Numbered from the stretch's first letter, positions 11,121 through 24,520 are shown. The stretch: 64,000 bases of DNA from Eledone cirrhosa (GCA_964016885.1 OZ024755.1:14260001-14324000); one strand, 5' to 3'. The notes: generated by a model from the letters alone, not told the origin. A program made the numbers and translations.

Positions 11121-11612
11121 TGTTGTTAAATTTGAGTGATGGATTAAGTCAATAAACAAGTATACCACAATGGTCTCAGCTAAGACACCTAGAGGCTTTG
11201 ACATTCCCAGAACCCTTGATACCCAAATTAAATTCGGCGAACGCCGAAAGTGGAAATATTACCGAAGAAATGTAGCTTTTTTCTTTTTACAGATAAGTTT
11301 AAAGTTGTACATATATAACTTAAGGTTTTAACAGGATGGTCATTGCTGGAATCCTTTTGATGCTCGATCTTAGCTGACCTGAGACTAAACAACAACAGCA
11401 TAGCATGATATCGTATGCAAAACTATAAAACAACAAACAGTTTAATTCATATGTACACTATGTTGTATTTACAATTTTTCTTCGTGTGAAACTAAATTAT
11501 ATACAATTCAGTGTTCAGTCCACCTGTTTCAGTAATTCTAATTCCAAGTTTTGGAAACGTTTCGTTTTAATTTCCTGTTCCGTGTTTTGTATGTACTTTG
11601 TTATACAACATC

Positions 11613-11687
11613 ATGGCTACCTGCATGAGGCATGTGCGATTATTTGATATAACAAGAAGAATTCCTCGGAGATTATGGACCCAGAAG
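11613..11687 (+). CDS. OXA1L: OXA1L exon 1 (mitochondrial targeting presequence)
   Basis: catcATGG context; MATCMRHVRLFDITRRIPRRLWTQK is Arg-rich and acid-poor; donor AAG|gtaatt, phase 0. Confidence 0.75.
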
Positions 11688-13551
11688 GTAATTATATGGT
11701 GTAGAAATGATAAGTACTACTGCATGGAATATTATGATTTCAGTTAAGCTAATGTCATGTTCTTTTCTATCAACTTTATATTACTTTAAAGCACGTTGAA
11801 ACCGCTAATGGCTTAACCGGTAAGATCTCATCGTTCTTATTGCGTATTTAAGCAATCGTTACTATAAGGAAATTTAAAAGTAACAACATATGGAATAGTG
11901 ATGTTATAATATATAGCTTTAAATATTTCTCAAAATGTAGCTTTACATTGTTTCATATAGAAAATACATTATTTATACACCTATTCGGTGGGTTACTCTT
12001 CTTGACCTTCAGCGTACCTTGTCATATGACGTTAATATTCATAAACCGTTTATTGTTGTTTTGTTTACAACTTTCCGGCGATACAATTCAAATAAACAAT
12101 ATTACACATGTTTGCAGTTTATTGATACACAAATGTTATAAAATAACACTTATTATTTTTTAGGGATTTTTTTTATTTAATTGCGTCAAAGTTAATGAAA
12201 TCAACAGGCTAGTTAATATATAAATATATATATGTTGCATAGAACTCTAATCAATGACGTTGTCGTCTTTTCTTTTGTTATTTAAAATAGGATATCATTG
12301 TTAATATATCTCGTATGAAGAAAATGAAAATATCTCTCATCTAATTCACTGAATTCAATGCGTATATACACTTCAGAGTTAGGATCGGTTAGAATCAAGG
12401 TCCCTTTGCTGGCTCGTTTGTATATATATATATAAAGGGTGGAAGCAACGATTCTTTGCTTAAACTTTAATCTGTTATATATATATATTCTTTACCCACT
12501 TATACCCGAGAGGGGTCGTGGGGCTATATATATATAGAGAGAGATGTATTATATAATGGAGCATGCGGTGGATCGGTTGAGATATTTTCATATTCTTCAT
12601 ACAAGAATATAAGAAATGCTAATGAAAAACACTGTAAATAGAGTATATATTTAAAAGCATAGGCTGTCGTATTGATTTATTTTATTAAAATCTAATAATA
12701 ATTACACACTAAGTATCAGTCTTTTATCGTACATCTGCAATTTGGTAATTTATATTGTTGTATCCCAGAGCCACTGGGTGTTTCGAGTCTGTATGTTTGT
12801 AAAGTCTTGAACGCCTAGGGACTCTGGGATATAACACAGATGATGTGTCTAAAGCCTCCACCTCACCCCCCGTGGATGTGTGAGGAACTTCGGGTATCAT
12901 TGATAATTATAATAGATCTCCTTTGAAGAAAATGAAAATTATATTGTTTTTACAAATATATGAAACGTTAAGTAAATTTTGCTCCCTCCCGAATCCCTTT
13001 GCAAGATAAACATTTCATTACTAATGCAAACATATATTTATAGATGGAAATAAAAATAAAAATTGGATATGGTGTTAAATCTAATTTAATCCAGCTTTAA
13101 TTCTACTAGATTAGACCATACATATTAGCATACAAGTTTAGTTCTCAGAAATAAAAAAAGGTAGTTTCACCAGTAGTAAATGTGCATAGCTTTTCGTCAG
13201 GATGCTGGGTTTTTGATTATAAGGTCGTGGTTTTGAATCCCAGTCTGGGTGGCACATTATTTCTTTGAGCAAAGCATTTGCTTTCATGTTTTTCCAGTTC
13301 ACCTAGCTGAAAATGAGTACTACTAACAACTGAGGGTTATCTTTGCAACAAGATAACATTACATCAGGTCAAAAAAAGGTTTTGAACTTTTAGTCACTTA
13401 ACCCGTCATGAAACTAGGATAAGCTCTTCAAGCTTTTGTCCAACCCATGCAAACATTGAAGAACAGACATAAAAATGTTTCCCTACCTTTTTTTCTTTTC
13501 ATCTTTGTTTTATTGCTGTATTAATTCTGTAAAATTCCTTATATTTTGTAG

Positions 13552-13725
13552 ATGAACATATCAGTGTTGGCTGCAAGAGGATACAGTGCAGTGTCTCTCA
13601 GACATCTCTGTCTAGGACGTTTTTCCTCAAATAAATTTACACTACAGAGGCCACATATTGTTTTGGCATCACCTTCTTTATTTAATTCAACAGATGCTGT
13701 GAACCAGGCTGTTTCAGAAACAACA
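13552..13725 (+). CDS. OXA1L: OXA1L exon 2
   Basis: Acceptor attttgtag|ATG; MNISVLAARGYSAVSLRHLCLGRFSS...ETT; donor ACA|gtaggt (alternative donor at 13743 possible), phase 0. Confidence 0.7.
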
Positions 13726-14784
13726 GTAGGTGAAGTTTTCTTGGTTAGCTATTTCCCAGTGTGTATTTAGTTACTATCATATGGTTTTATATATTATCTT
13801 TTGACAGTGAAGGTATGTGGCTTAAGGGTTAGGGTATTGGTCTCATAATTGAAAGATTCCATACTGGTTTGCAAGTTGTGTCTTTGATCAAAGCACTTTA
13901 TTTCAGTCCACTTAACTGAAAATGAGTATGACCAGAGTAGTATCCTATCCAAGAGGGTGTCTTGTACTCTCAGTCATTTAAAGCCACATGGAAGTAAAAT
14001 AAGTTCTGGCCTGAGGCACCACAAGGTCATAGGTCAGGAATCTGTAACTCTGGAGCAGCATGTGGCTTTTAGGCACTTTGAAATATTTTTCTTTTACTTA
14101 TTTACAATTGTTATGTCCTGGATGCAGAAGGCAGTGGATTGACAGTACTGGTAGAGTGTCAGACAAAATGCTTTGTGGTATTTAGTTATGGCTTTCTATA
14201 TTCAAACCTGCCACATTTGGATTTGGCTTTGCCTTTGATCCTTACGGATGAAAAGTACCTGTAATGCATTAGGGTTGATTTAGTCGACATTCCCCTTCCC
14301 TTCAAATTTCTGGCCTTGTGCCAAAGGTAGAAACAGTTATTAGAACCTGGATATTGAAGCAATTTAGGCTGACCAAGATACTCTCATGGAATGATTAAAT
14401 GAGTTTTATTTTTCAACATAGTCTCTGGAAAGAAACAATGCAGTTATTAATAAGAAAAGTAGAAATTAATGCATGCAAGATTTTACAACTCTAGTGTCAA
14501 TCCTTCATAGTCAACCTGTGAACTTTTCTGCCTACCATCGTAAATTTAATTACATTTTTTTTCATGTGGCTTCAGTACACAATTATTTAGTTGTCTTTTT
14601 TGTTAGTTAAAAATTGCTCTTCAGATTGAAAGGGTTCCAAACCCCTGATCTAGGGTTTAGGTTAAAGAAAGGCTTTTTTAACTTTGGTTAGTCATTTTGA
14701 TCATATCTTTTTCTCTATAAATCTGAAATTGATTCTACAGCTTGTGTTTCTATTTAAAGTATGATGTGTTCTATCTATTTCCAG

Positions 14785-14992
14785 GGTAGTTTAGCCAGCA
14801 GTTTACCTCCAGGGTATATTCCAGAACCACCACCTTTACCAACACCTCCAGTAGAAACATTGAATGCATTAGGAGAACCAACTTTCACTAGTCTGGGTCT
14901 AGCATCATGGTCACCAAGTGGTCTGGTACAGTCTTGTTTGGAAAGCCTTCATGTTAGTGCTGGTCTGCCATGGTGGGGAGCAATTGTTGTTG
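14785..14992 (+). CDS. OXA1L: OXA1L exon 3
   Basis: tttccag|GGT ... G|gtaatt; GEPTFTSLGLASWSPSGLVQSCLESLHVSAGLPWWGAIVV matches the Oxa1 family GLPWWGAI motif. Confidence 0.97.
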
Positions 14993-16130
14993 GTAATTCT
15001 TTCTTTATTTAGCAACAAAAATGTTTTATTTTTTGTGAAAGTAGGCTGTATGAGACATGTTTGTGTGTGTATGTGTAGAGTGTTGCTGGTTGTGTGTGTG
15101 AGAAAGTTGCTGGTCATGTTTTCTGGAGTTTAAAACTTTTTCTAACAAAATTATAATGAAAAGTTAAAGTATAACTCTTTTAAAACACAGCTTTGTATTA
15201 TCAAACCAGTGATGGTTTTAGGTGGTTTGATATTAAAAGAGTTAAAGGCATCACTGATAAATATATGAGGTATGGCTATACTCATATGGATATGTGATGT
15301 CTTCTTACCTCTAATTCTGTAAATTGGTGAAACGATGGAAGACGTGTGGAGTGCGATGGTTGATACATTGAAAAATAAACCTGTTGTTTCTTGTGTTTGT
15401 AGAATCAAATTTATTAAATTCTCCATTAGTTTTGAAGCTGAATGTTTTAGACATTTGATCAACAGAACAGCCCATTTGTGAAATTAACGTTCAAGTTGCT
15501 GAGTATTCCATAGACATGTGTACTCTTAACGCAATTCTCAGGGAGATTAATCATGACACAATGTGTGTGACAAGGCTGACCCTTTAAATTACAGGTACAG
15601 TCCCAGAACCTTATGATTGAAAAGCGAGCTTCTTAATCATTCTGTCATGTGGCATCTACACATGATGTGATGTAATGTGGTGTGGTATAGGTGGAGGGTG
15701 TTGTAGAAGAGAAAGAGTGAGGAAGGCATCATCATTATCTTCATCCTGTGGCCTCAGCCTATATAGACTCAACATTAGACCTCCATGTAACGCTATCACT
15801 GATTGGCTTGTCTAGATCCCAAACATCAATACAATGGCTATGATATATGGATAGGAGAGCTTGCAACCTCTTTAGTTTTTGACAGATGTTTGTTTCCAAA
15901 GCACCAAAAGAGACACATCTTCATTTGAGATGTGATGGCAAAGGCCTGCAATTCTCACCTTCCTCTTTTACACAATATCAGAAATAGGCCATTGTACATA
16001 TTTCTCTAAGAATCTTTGAGAGGAAGACATGGTTAGCACCTTGGTGAGATCTGATGTTTCATGTTCCAACTTTGAAACTAATTCTGCTGCAGTCTTCTTA
16101 TATTATATTCATTTGTTTTATTTTCTTCAG

Positions 16131-16274
16131 GCACAATTGTTGTTCGAATGTGTATGTTCCCTATTGTGGTCTTTGCTCAGAGAAATGCTACCAACATGAG
16201 CAACCACATGCCGACTATCGTACGTCTACAACAGAACTTTTCTGATGCTCGCATGAGTGGAAACCCCGTCGAGG
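16131..16274 (+). CDS. OXA1L: OXA1L exon 4
   Basis: ttcttcag|GC ... GAGG|gtaagc; GTIVVRMCMFPIVVFAQRNATNMSNHMPTIVRLQ contains the conserved YidC/Oxa1 Arg and coiled-coil region. Confidence 0.97.
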
Positions 16275-18115
16275 GTAAGCTACTTCTAGATCATTACTGG
16301 AGATTGAACAATTCATTCCTACGATTATTTAACCCTTTCATCATCATCATCATCATCAACGTTTAACGTCCGTGTTCCACGCTTGCATGGGTTTGGACGG
16401 GGGTAGTCCCACTTGAGGCAAGAGTGATTGTCTTGCTCGCATAGGACTGTCTGGCAGGTTTTCTACAGTTGGATGCCCTTCCTAACACCAACCACATTTA
16501 CAGTGTGGGTCTGGGAGGTTTTTACCGTGTTGCCTACACGGCCACATTACAGCGTGGACTGTGTGTTTTTTTGTCGTGACAACTACACGATCTCATTTGT
16601 TTCGGCCTGGATGGCGCGGCACCAACATTTCTTTACCATATTTCTAATGAAAGACACCGACTATGTCATTAATCCTATCATTACTATATTTCTAATGAAA
16701 GACACTGCCTATGTCATTAATCCTCTCATTACTGTGAGGTCATTGGCATTAAGAAGGGTATCCAAATGTGGAATGTCTGAACAAAAGGAGGTCGCTCTGA
16801 CTTGTCTAACCTATACCAGCGTGAAAAGTGGATGTTTTGGATTTTGATTAACCAGAAACAACAAACTGATTTTTGTGAGCCAGGCAAAGTGGAATAAGAA
16901 GAGTTGCGTACCTTATTCTTTGGCACAAAGCAGTAGTTGTCACAAGGTTTGAACAGCCATTAGTTCTTTTAATTAAAAATAAGAATTTAAACGATTAATG
17001 AGGGAGCTTCTACTTGGTTTCTCGAACTATTAGATATAACAGCCAAATTTCCTTAAATCTCACTCTACTGTCTTAACCATTTTTACACCAAACTGCCTGA
17101 AACTGACTTTGCTTCTAAGATATTCAGCTGTTTATTTTAAAGTATTATTTATTTAAAAACCTGCCATCATAATTTTATGTACGAACCCTTGATAAGTTAT
17201 GTTCCAAACACTCTTACTTCTGTGAAAGTTAGTTATTTTATTGAATTCCTCTAAATTCTTGATTATTTTCAAAATTATTTGAAAATACTAGCCAGTGTCT
17301 TTCATTAGAAATATGGTAACAGAAAGTTTAAAAATATCGATTGAACCAAGACAAGGTAGGAACTTTACCAGGTCACTCAATTTGCAAGAAATAACAGGCA
17401 AATACCTTAAAATCACACTCTGCTGTTTTAAATAATAAAAGGACTCATTAAATATATATTCCTTGATGGAGGCACATGGCTTAGTGGTTAGACCATTGGC
17501 CTTGCAATCGAAAGGTTGCGAGTTCAATTCTCAGACTGGGTGATGTGTTGTTTCCTTGAGCAAGACACTTTATTTCACATTGCTCCAGTTTATTCAGCTG
17601 TAGAAATGAGATGATAGGAATGGGGTCCATATCATTCCACTGCAAAGTGGTCGTGGAAGTGCCACGGCAAAAAAGCACCCAGCACTCACTGTAAATGAGG
17701 TTGGTGTTAGGAAGGGCATCCAGCTGTAGAAATCAAGCCAAAATCAGTTTCCGTCCCACCCTTGCAAGCAGGGAAAAAGCGGACGTAAAATGAAATGATG
17801 AAATGATGATGAGGGTTGACTTGGTCAAATAGCAACACCAAATAAAGAACCAAATTAAAAAAAAGTTAGTATTTATATAAATCGTAGTTGTTGTTTAGCC
17901 TCTTGTATGTATATATGTGTGTTATTTGTCTCTTCTCTTCACATTAGACATTATAGGCAGTGATATTTATTAATATTCTGCATAAACAGAGATCCCTGTG
18001 TTCAGCAACTAAATGTATGAAGATCTGTACATGGTTCAGCTGAAAAGTTCATAGGCTGACCAAGGTACTCTCATGGAATGATTTCTAAAATATTTCTGTT
18101 TATTTTACCTGTTAG

Positions 18116-18201
18116 CTACAATTGCTGGCAAAGAACTGATGGAATATATGCAACGCAACCAAGTAAAACCCTTCCGGAACTTTCTTGTTCCACTAGCACA
18201 G
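18116..18201 (+). CDS. OXA1L: OXA1L exon 5
   Basis: cctgttag|CT ... CAG|gtatgt; ATIAGKELMEYMQRNQVKPFRNFLVPLAQ; not in the ORF track. Confidence 0.95.
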
Positions 18202-18289
18202 GTATGTAAAAACCACAATAACACCATATTTATTTCTTAACCCTTTCATTACAATATTTCTAATGAAATACACCACTTATCTTTCTTCT

Positions 18290-18837
18290 TTTATGCCCAC
18301 TTATTCCTGGGAGGTTTGTGGTGGCAGAGTCCTCAACCATGCCTTCCAGTGAGTCCTGTCACAAGCAACTGTCTCCAATTGATTTGGCTAGATACCCAAG
18401 CGAGACCAGCTGAGCTCATGGATATTATCCAACCATCTCATTTAGCATCTACCTCTGGGTCACTTGCTGGTTGGTTTTGCCTGTAAAATCTGTCCAGCAA
18501 TTCTTTTCTTAGACATTCTAACCACATGTCCGTAGTATCGGATTTGTGATCTCTCATTTCGGAGAAGCAGTGACTCTCTGATCTCAGCACTCTATCAAGT
18601 AATGTTACTCCAAAGACCCTGTGGAGCAACCCCATTTCAGTCACTTGAATTCATGACCATAGGTGGAGGTTGGCACAAATACCAAATTGAAGATAGCAAG
18701 TTTGGCTTTTACATGTGCCTCCCTTTTTCTGATGATGAAGTGTTGAAGCTGGCACATTACTGCACCAGCTCCTGTAATTCTTACACTTAATTCATCCTCC
18801 TGCTTTTCATCACTTGTGAACACAGCTCCAAGATACA
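18290..18837 (-). mobile_element. Expander/Rex3-like RTE LINE 3' fragment in OXA1L intron 5
   Basis: YLGAVFTSDEKQEDELSVRITGAGAVM...KAKLAIFNLVFVPTSTYGHE and EMGLLHRVFGVTLLDRV; frameshifted. Confidence 0.8.
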
Positions 18838-19268
18838 ATTAACTTTCGTTTTTGTTAAGTTAGTGTTTAAAACATAATTTAATGGTTCTTGAATAAATTA
18901 AAATTATTCATTATGTCACTAAGTTTTTATAACAAATGATTTTTATATAAATCTATGTTGGAAGATTTCAATTTAATTAGGAACCCTTTAAAATGAGTGA
19001 TTTTGTTTCAAAGAGCCAGAGATGGTTTGGGGCAGGTTAGTATCAAAAGGGATATAGGCATATATATATATATACACGCACACACACTTGGACATAGAAT
19101 AAAACTTTTTCAGCCTCAGTCAGGTTGCCTTGATGAGGCTCTATGCTATAAGACCCAAAATATCCAGTGCCTTCAGACAGTAACACTTATAATGTATTTA
19201 AATATTTGCATCTATAGATGTATGAAGAACTTAAACGTGACAAATTAATCTGTGTTTCATTATTTCAG

Positions 19269-19433
19269 ATGCCAGTTTTCTTATCTGTCTTTGTTGGACT
19301 CCGGGGGATGTGTAACCTTCCTGTTGAAAGTTTAACCACTGGTGGTATATTGTGGTTCACAGATCTCAGTTTGGTGGATGCCTATTATGCTTTACCTCTG
19401 CTCACAGTGACAACATTCTTAGCTACTATAGAG
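19269..19433 (+). CDS. OXA1L: OXA1L exon 6
   Basis: tatttcag|ATG ... GAG|gtatat; MPVFLSVFVGLRGMCNLPVESLTTGGILWFTDLSLVDAYYALPLL. Confidence 0.97.
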
Positions 19434-19864
19434 GTATATACAATTCTTATTGTTTTGATCTTTTTGTTAATATCTCAATGGTTAACAAGCTCACCATGGT
19501 TCTGGGTTTAATCCTACTGTGTCATATACTGTAAGGTGATAGAGCTGGTGCCATTATAAAAAGCACGCTGTCCACCCTGTAAGGTGATAGTGCCATGATA
19601 AAAAGCACCCAGTCTACCCTGTAAGGTGGTAATGCTTGTGTTACAATAACATGCTCCCAGAACACACTGTAAAGTAGTTGGTATTTAGAAGGGAATCCAG
19701 CCAAGCCCCCAAAAATATGAGGAAGACGTCATAATGTGACCTGTCTAGCCTCAGAATGTGACAAATCATCTCACCCATCCAAACATGAAAAAATAGACAT
19801 TAAATGAAGATGATGATAGTGATGGTGATGATGCTGATAATTATTTTCAATTTCTCGTCTCTAG

Positions 19865-19969
19865 CTTGGTGTTGATGGTGTAAAAACAGGAACAATGTCA
19901 CACACAGTGAAGTGGGCCTTTCGCTTGATGCCTGTCATTCTGTTTCCCATTATATCAGGATTCCCAACG
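19865..19969 (+). CDS. OXA1L: OXA1L exon 7
   Basis: tctctag|CTT ... ACG|gttagt; LGVDGVKTGTMSHTVKWAFRLMPVILFPIISGFPT. Confidence 0.95.
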
Positions 19970-20180
19970 GTTAGTATTCAATAATTTTCTATATTTTTCA
20001 TAAACTCTGTTTATACTGTTATATATGGGGAGGGTCATGTCTTAATATTGCCAAAAATTGTAAAACACACTCACTGTTTGGTTTGGTTTTCACTTTAGTT
20101 TCAGTATATATATTTTTATATTTCTATAAATAATTTACTTCACAAATAACAGTCAAGTATGTTTCTGTTTACTATTTCAG

Positions 20181-20343
20181 GCTATGCTGTGTTATTGGTT
20201 TACATCAAATACCTTTTCTTTGATCCAAGTTTTATTTCTCAAGATCCCAGCTATTCGAAATTATTTGAATATTCCAATGCTTGTAAAACACGACCAAGCT
20301 TTAGTACCTCGGAAGAAGGGTTTCATTGAAGGATTTAAAGAAA
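20181..20343 (+). CDS. OXA1L: OXA1L exon 8
   Basis: tatttcag|GCT ... GAAA|gtaagt; AMLCYWFTSNTFSLIQVLFLKIPAIRNYLNIP carries the YW..SN.FS..Q motif. Confidence 0.97.
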
Positions 20344-20419
20344 GTAAGTATCCTCCTTCTTGTTTATCTCCTTTGGCATCCCTATATTCCTGTTCTGTGG
20401 TGGTAAACCACTTATCTGG

Positions 20420-20720
20420 GATGAGACATGCAGTGACGCTTTCTTCAGTAGCAATATGGTGGGTTCGGCGACAGACCCAGGTTTCATTGCCTGACATGCT
20501 GCAGATCGCTAGCTGTTGAAATATCGGTCACTTTCCAATAAGTTTGTCATTGAACCTACAGCAGTAGAAATTTTTAGCATTCTTGTTTTTTGCACCACCT
20601 TTCTACTCACTACTATGGGGGCAGATTTGGAATGGTTATTTCAATGCATTTCCCTTGTCTTCTGGGGTATTGCTTTCTCTATTCTGTCCACTGGAAACAT
20701 GAGGTGCCTTGTGTTTAGAG
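20420..20720 (+). mobile_element. Degenerate CRE/NeSL-type non-LTR retrotransposon 3' fragment (restriction-like endonuclease region)
   Basis: KYRSLSNKFVIEPTAVEIFSIL...WLFQCISL resembles the K..KY..L...F.P.A.E..G and QRIS motifs of RLE domains. Confidence 0.5.
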
Positions 20721-21321
20721 TTCTGCATGACAGAGCATTCTTGCACATTGCCTAGGCACGTATCACTGGGGTATAGGTTGCTGATATTTATGCTTACACA
20801 CAAGGCTGAAATTTCACCTGTTGAACCCTAAGCTATATGAAATGGGAAGCCCTTCTTTAAACAAATTTTTGTATAAAAATTTAAAATAATTATACATGAC
20901 TGTTATTTTTTATATTAATGTTAATGACAAGTAACAAATAATAAAATATATATTTATATAATTTTTGATGATTTAATGTTAAAGAATAAAAACTACTAAT
21001 AAAATAAATATACATTTAAAAAACGAGGCACTCGAGGATATGTTGCCCTAAGCTATAGCTTATTTAGCTTATAGGTAAGTCCAGCACTGCTTATACAGAT
21101 ATTTAACTACGCAACCTAACCTAAGATAAAACACGTTCCATCTGTAGCTAACTTTCTCAACATAATTTAACAAAAGCTCACACATACTATGATGATGGAA
21201 AGTTTTTAGATAAATACAAACCCTTTAAAATAAATTTTTTTTTTTCTTTTTATTGTAGAACCACTGATTGTTTTCAGCTGTTTTGTATGAAAAGTATTGA
21301 AATGTTGATTTATTTTTTCAG

Positions 21322-21473
21322 GTTGGAATAATGCTAAAACTGCTTCTGAAATGGATCAAAGGCAAAAAGTTGATTCTCTGAAGTTTAAAGAAGCTGGTAT
21401 GGGTCCAATACAGAAGACTTATGCCTACAATCCGAAAGCCATTTCTGCTAAATCAGCCAACAAAAGGAAGTGA
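21322..21473 (+). CDS. OXA1L: OXA1L exon 9 (basic C-terminal tail, stop codon)
   Basis: ttttttcag|GT TGG AAT; SWNNAKTASEMDQRQKVDSLKFKEAGMGPIQKTYAYNPKAISAKSANKRK*, TGA at 21471-21473. Confidence 0.95.
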
Positions 21474-22036
21474 CACGACATGAAGATTTGTTAGTAAATT
21501 ACAATTGAAGGCCTTCATCAATTTTGTACATAGTGAGAAATACTGTCTGTTAGTCAGTGAAAGAACTTCAAGTTATTCATAAATACTCCACATTACAATG
21601 GAAAAAGTCTTGTGTTTTTTTTTATATTTGTGTTTAACCCTTTTGTTAATGTATCATTTATTTATTTGTGATTTGAGGGCATTTAGCTGTTATTCCTAGC
21701 AAGTTCAGCAAACAAATAGAGGTTTCCCCATTGGCTCATTTAAATTTTTATTTTTAACTCTTTTGTTAAGATTTTTCTAATGAAATACTGCCTGAAAATC
21801 ATTATGAAAATAATCAAGAATTTGAAGCGATTTAGTAATATTAAGCCCTTTCTAATGTCAATTGTCCATGTTAGCATGGGTTAGATGAGTTGTCCTATTG
21901 TGAGACAAGTCAGATCAGGTGACCATGTCTTACTGCGAAGTATTTTAATCCAGTGTTCTTTAACAATGCTGCCAATTCACTGCCTTATCATGCCACAGTG
22001 TGAAGGCACATAGCTTAATGGTTAGAGTGTTTAGAC

Positions 22037-23726
22037 CAGGGGTCGGCAACCTTTTGGAGAGAGAGGGCCAAACAGCTATGCAGTGACATGGAGGAGGGCC
22101 ATTATATTAAAAAAAAAAAAAACTACAAATACATTCAAGAAAAAAAAAAATCAAATTCCTTATTTTACTGCAGGAATAACAGAAAAACAACTACTATCAC
22201 AACCAACAAAAAAAAAAAAGCAAATGCCTTGCTACAAACGAAATACAGTTAGAAATGGTAAATGATTTATTGAGACACTTGTTTCTGCTTATTGTGCGAT
22301 AACTTCTCCACATCATGTGAAATATTTGTCAATGACAGGAGCAAAACATCATCCAGGTGGTCGTCATGCAACCTTGTTCTTAAATGACTTTTAGTATATT
22401 TCATTTTCAACAATGATATCAGTTTCGCATTAGTCAAGATGTTTTTATATTTTCCGCTTGCCAATATATATTTCTTGTAGAAGTCAGCAGTGGATTCGAA
22501 CTGAAATTTCGATTTCAAAGATTCGTCGCACTGTAAGTCAATTAACTCCAACTGATATTCTTCTGCCACTTGCTCCACATCTGTTTCGTAAGGAGTACCA
22601 AATAACTTAGAGTTCCATATTGCCGGAAGTCAGCAAAACGAGAGGAAAACTCACTTCTCAAATCCTTAATAGAGCTCGCAAAGATGTCTGGTATTATATC
22701 TCTCTTGTGATTTTGGAGACTTGGGAAATGAAAGTAAAAACTGTTGTAATGATTATGACGAGTTTCATAGTGCCGTTTAATATTTGAAACTTTCTTCACA
22801 GTAATGGTTTCTTGACAAATTAAGCAAACACATTTTTCGAAGTGCTCAATGAAAAAATAGCTAAGTGTCCAGCCATCTTTAAAAGTTCGGCACTCCAAAT
22901 CCACTTTCTTTTCTTAGCTTCCATGGGCTTGTTTTTGTTCAAACAAAAAAGATTTATGGAAAGGAAAAAGAACAAAAAGTATAATAATCAGAATGAAGAA
23001 ATAAGAAACAATGAAAACAAATGTAAATGCAAATACAGTAATGCGATAAAATATGATAATTGTGAATATAAAACCAGGTTTCTAACGACGTTGTTAGATC
23101 AGGATTGCCATTTGTTTTTTTAAACCACTTTTGGTCTAATTCTAATAATAATAATTCACACAATTTATCACAAATAACTAAATAAACGTTATTATCGAAT
23201 AAAGATACCTACTGTATAGTTGTTATATCACCAGACAACATACTCAAATGAAAATACTCTGGGGAGGAGGGAACGAAGTAATTTTTCCAAGGACAGCTTT
23301 ACCATGTGCCGTAGGGCACAGGTAAGGTCAGGCAAACGAAGACGACAATAATTCACGAGTGATTTTATTGAATGACAATATGGGTATAAAAGCGAGTCAT
23401 GCGAACCGAAAGGTAGTATACCTTCCAGTCGCTGACGAAAATGCATACTTCCAACCAACATTTGTGTTTGTTGACTGGAACAAAAACACATACAGGAAAT
23501 AATAATACAGGTGATATAATGCTTGGCGGAAAGCCCAGAAAAAGATGGATAGGAGGAAATAATAAATATATACGGTATGAGCAGCGATTTGTGATGGGCA
23601 TCAGGTCGGCACAACCTTGAAGTGAACTACTGTATCTGTATTCGATACTAATTAGATAATTAGTGTCCAGTGTAAGATGGCGGGTCGGACAACAATCATT
23701 CGAGGGCCGGGGGTTGCGGACCCCTG
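22037..23726 (-). mobile_element. hAT (Charlie/SPIN/GTF2IRD2-like) DNA transposon, internally deleted
   Basis: TIRs CAGGGGTCGGCAACC / GGTTGCGGACCCCTG; identical 8-bp TSD GTTTAGAC at 22029-22036 and 23727-23734. Transposase remnants CVCLICQETITVKKVSNIKRHYETRH (BED-like finger) and QLELIDLQCD...MKYTKSHLRTRL. Confidence 0.95.
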
Positions 23727-24199
23727 GTTTAGACCATGATCGTAAGATTCCTTGTGACGCATCGCTCCAGTTCACCTAGTTGGGGAAAAGGGGGTTGTAT
23801 TTGTGAGACCTGAATTGTCACATATTGTGTGGAATTCTCAGCCACTGCTGTTAATTTCACGAGTAGACTGTTTCGTTGATGAAGCAACTGGAACATTAAT
23901 CTTCGGAACCGACGGAGATCCAGAATCATGTCGCATTACTGACAAAAGAAAATCTGAGAAATGATTTTTCGCCTAGTTTTTTTTTCTTTTTTCAAGCGAG
24001 GGAAATAACTCATCAGGAGTTGTTTCCCATATCAATTGGAACCTTACATAACAAACTCCCAGAACTGAATAGTAAACAATTAGTCATGGTCCTTCGAAGA
24101 AAATAAAACTAATGATTGGTGAGCTCTTTCAACAATAAGTACGTTGAGTTGTTTTAAAATATAATACATCCTTTAGTATAAATATATATATATATATAT

Positions 24200-24520
24200 A
24201 TAATTATTTCTACTTTTGGCACAAGGCCAGCAATTATCCCAGTGCATTACTGGTACTTTATTTTATCGACCCCATAAGGATGAAAGGCAAAGTTATCCTC
24301 GGCGGGATTTGAACTCAGACTGTAAAGGGCCGTAACTCTATGCTGCAAAGCATGGCGCCCGACTCTCTACCGATACTGCCAATCCGATCCCCTGTATGTA
24401 TATATATATATATATATATATAATTGTTTCTACATTTGGCACAAGGCCAGCATTTATCCCAGTGTATTACTGGTACTTTATTTTATCGACCCCGTAAGGA
24501 TGAAAGCAAAGTTAACCGAG
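24200..24520 (-). mobile_element. tRNA-derived SINE, one full and one partial copy (Nin/Deu-like core)
   Basis: Same family as 6168-6580. Further copies near 14130-14340, 27605-27965, 46650-46770, 48950-49075, 49650-49770, 49975-50130 and 55400-55583. Confidence 0.85.

Noticed and set aside
22267-22924. Domesticated GTF2IRD2/ZBED-like host gene
   Set aside because: Enclosed by TIRs and TSD, frameshifted and missing the catalytic core; a transposon relic.
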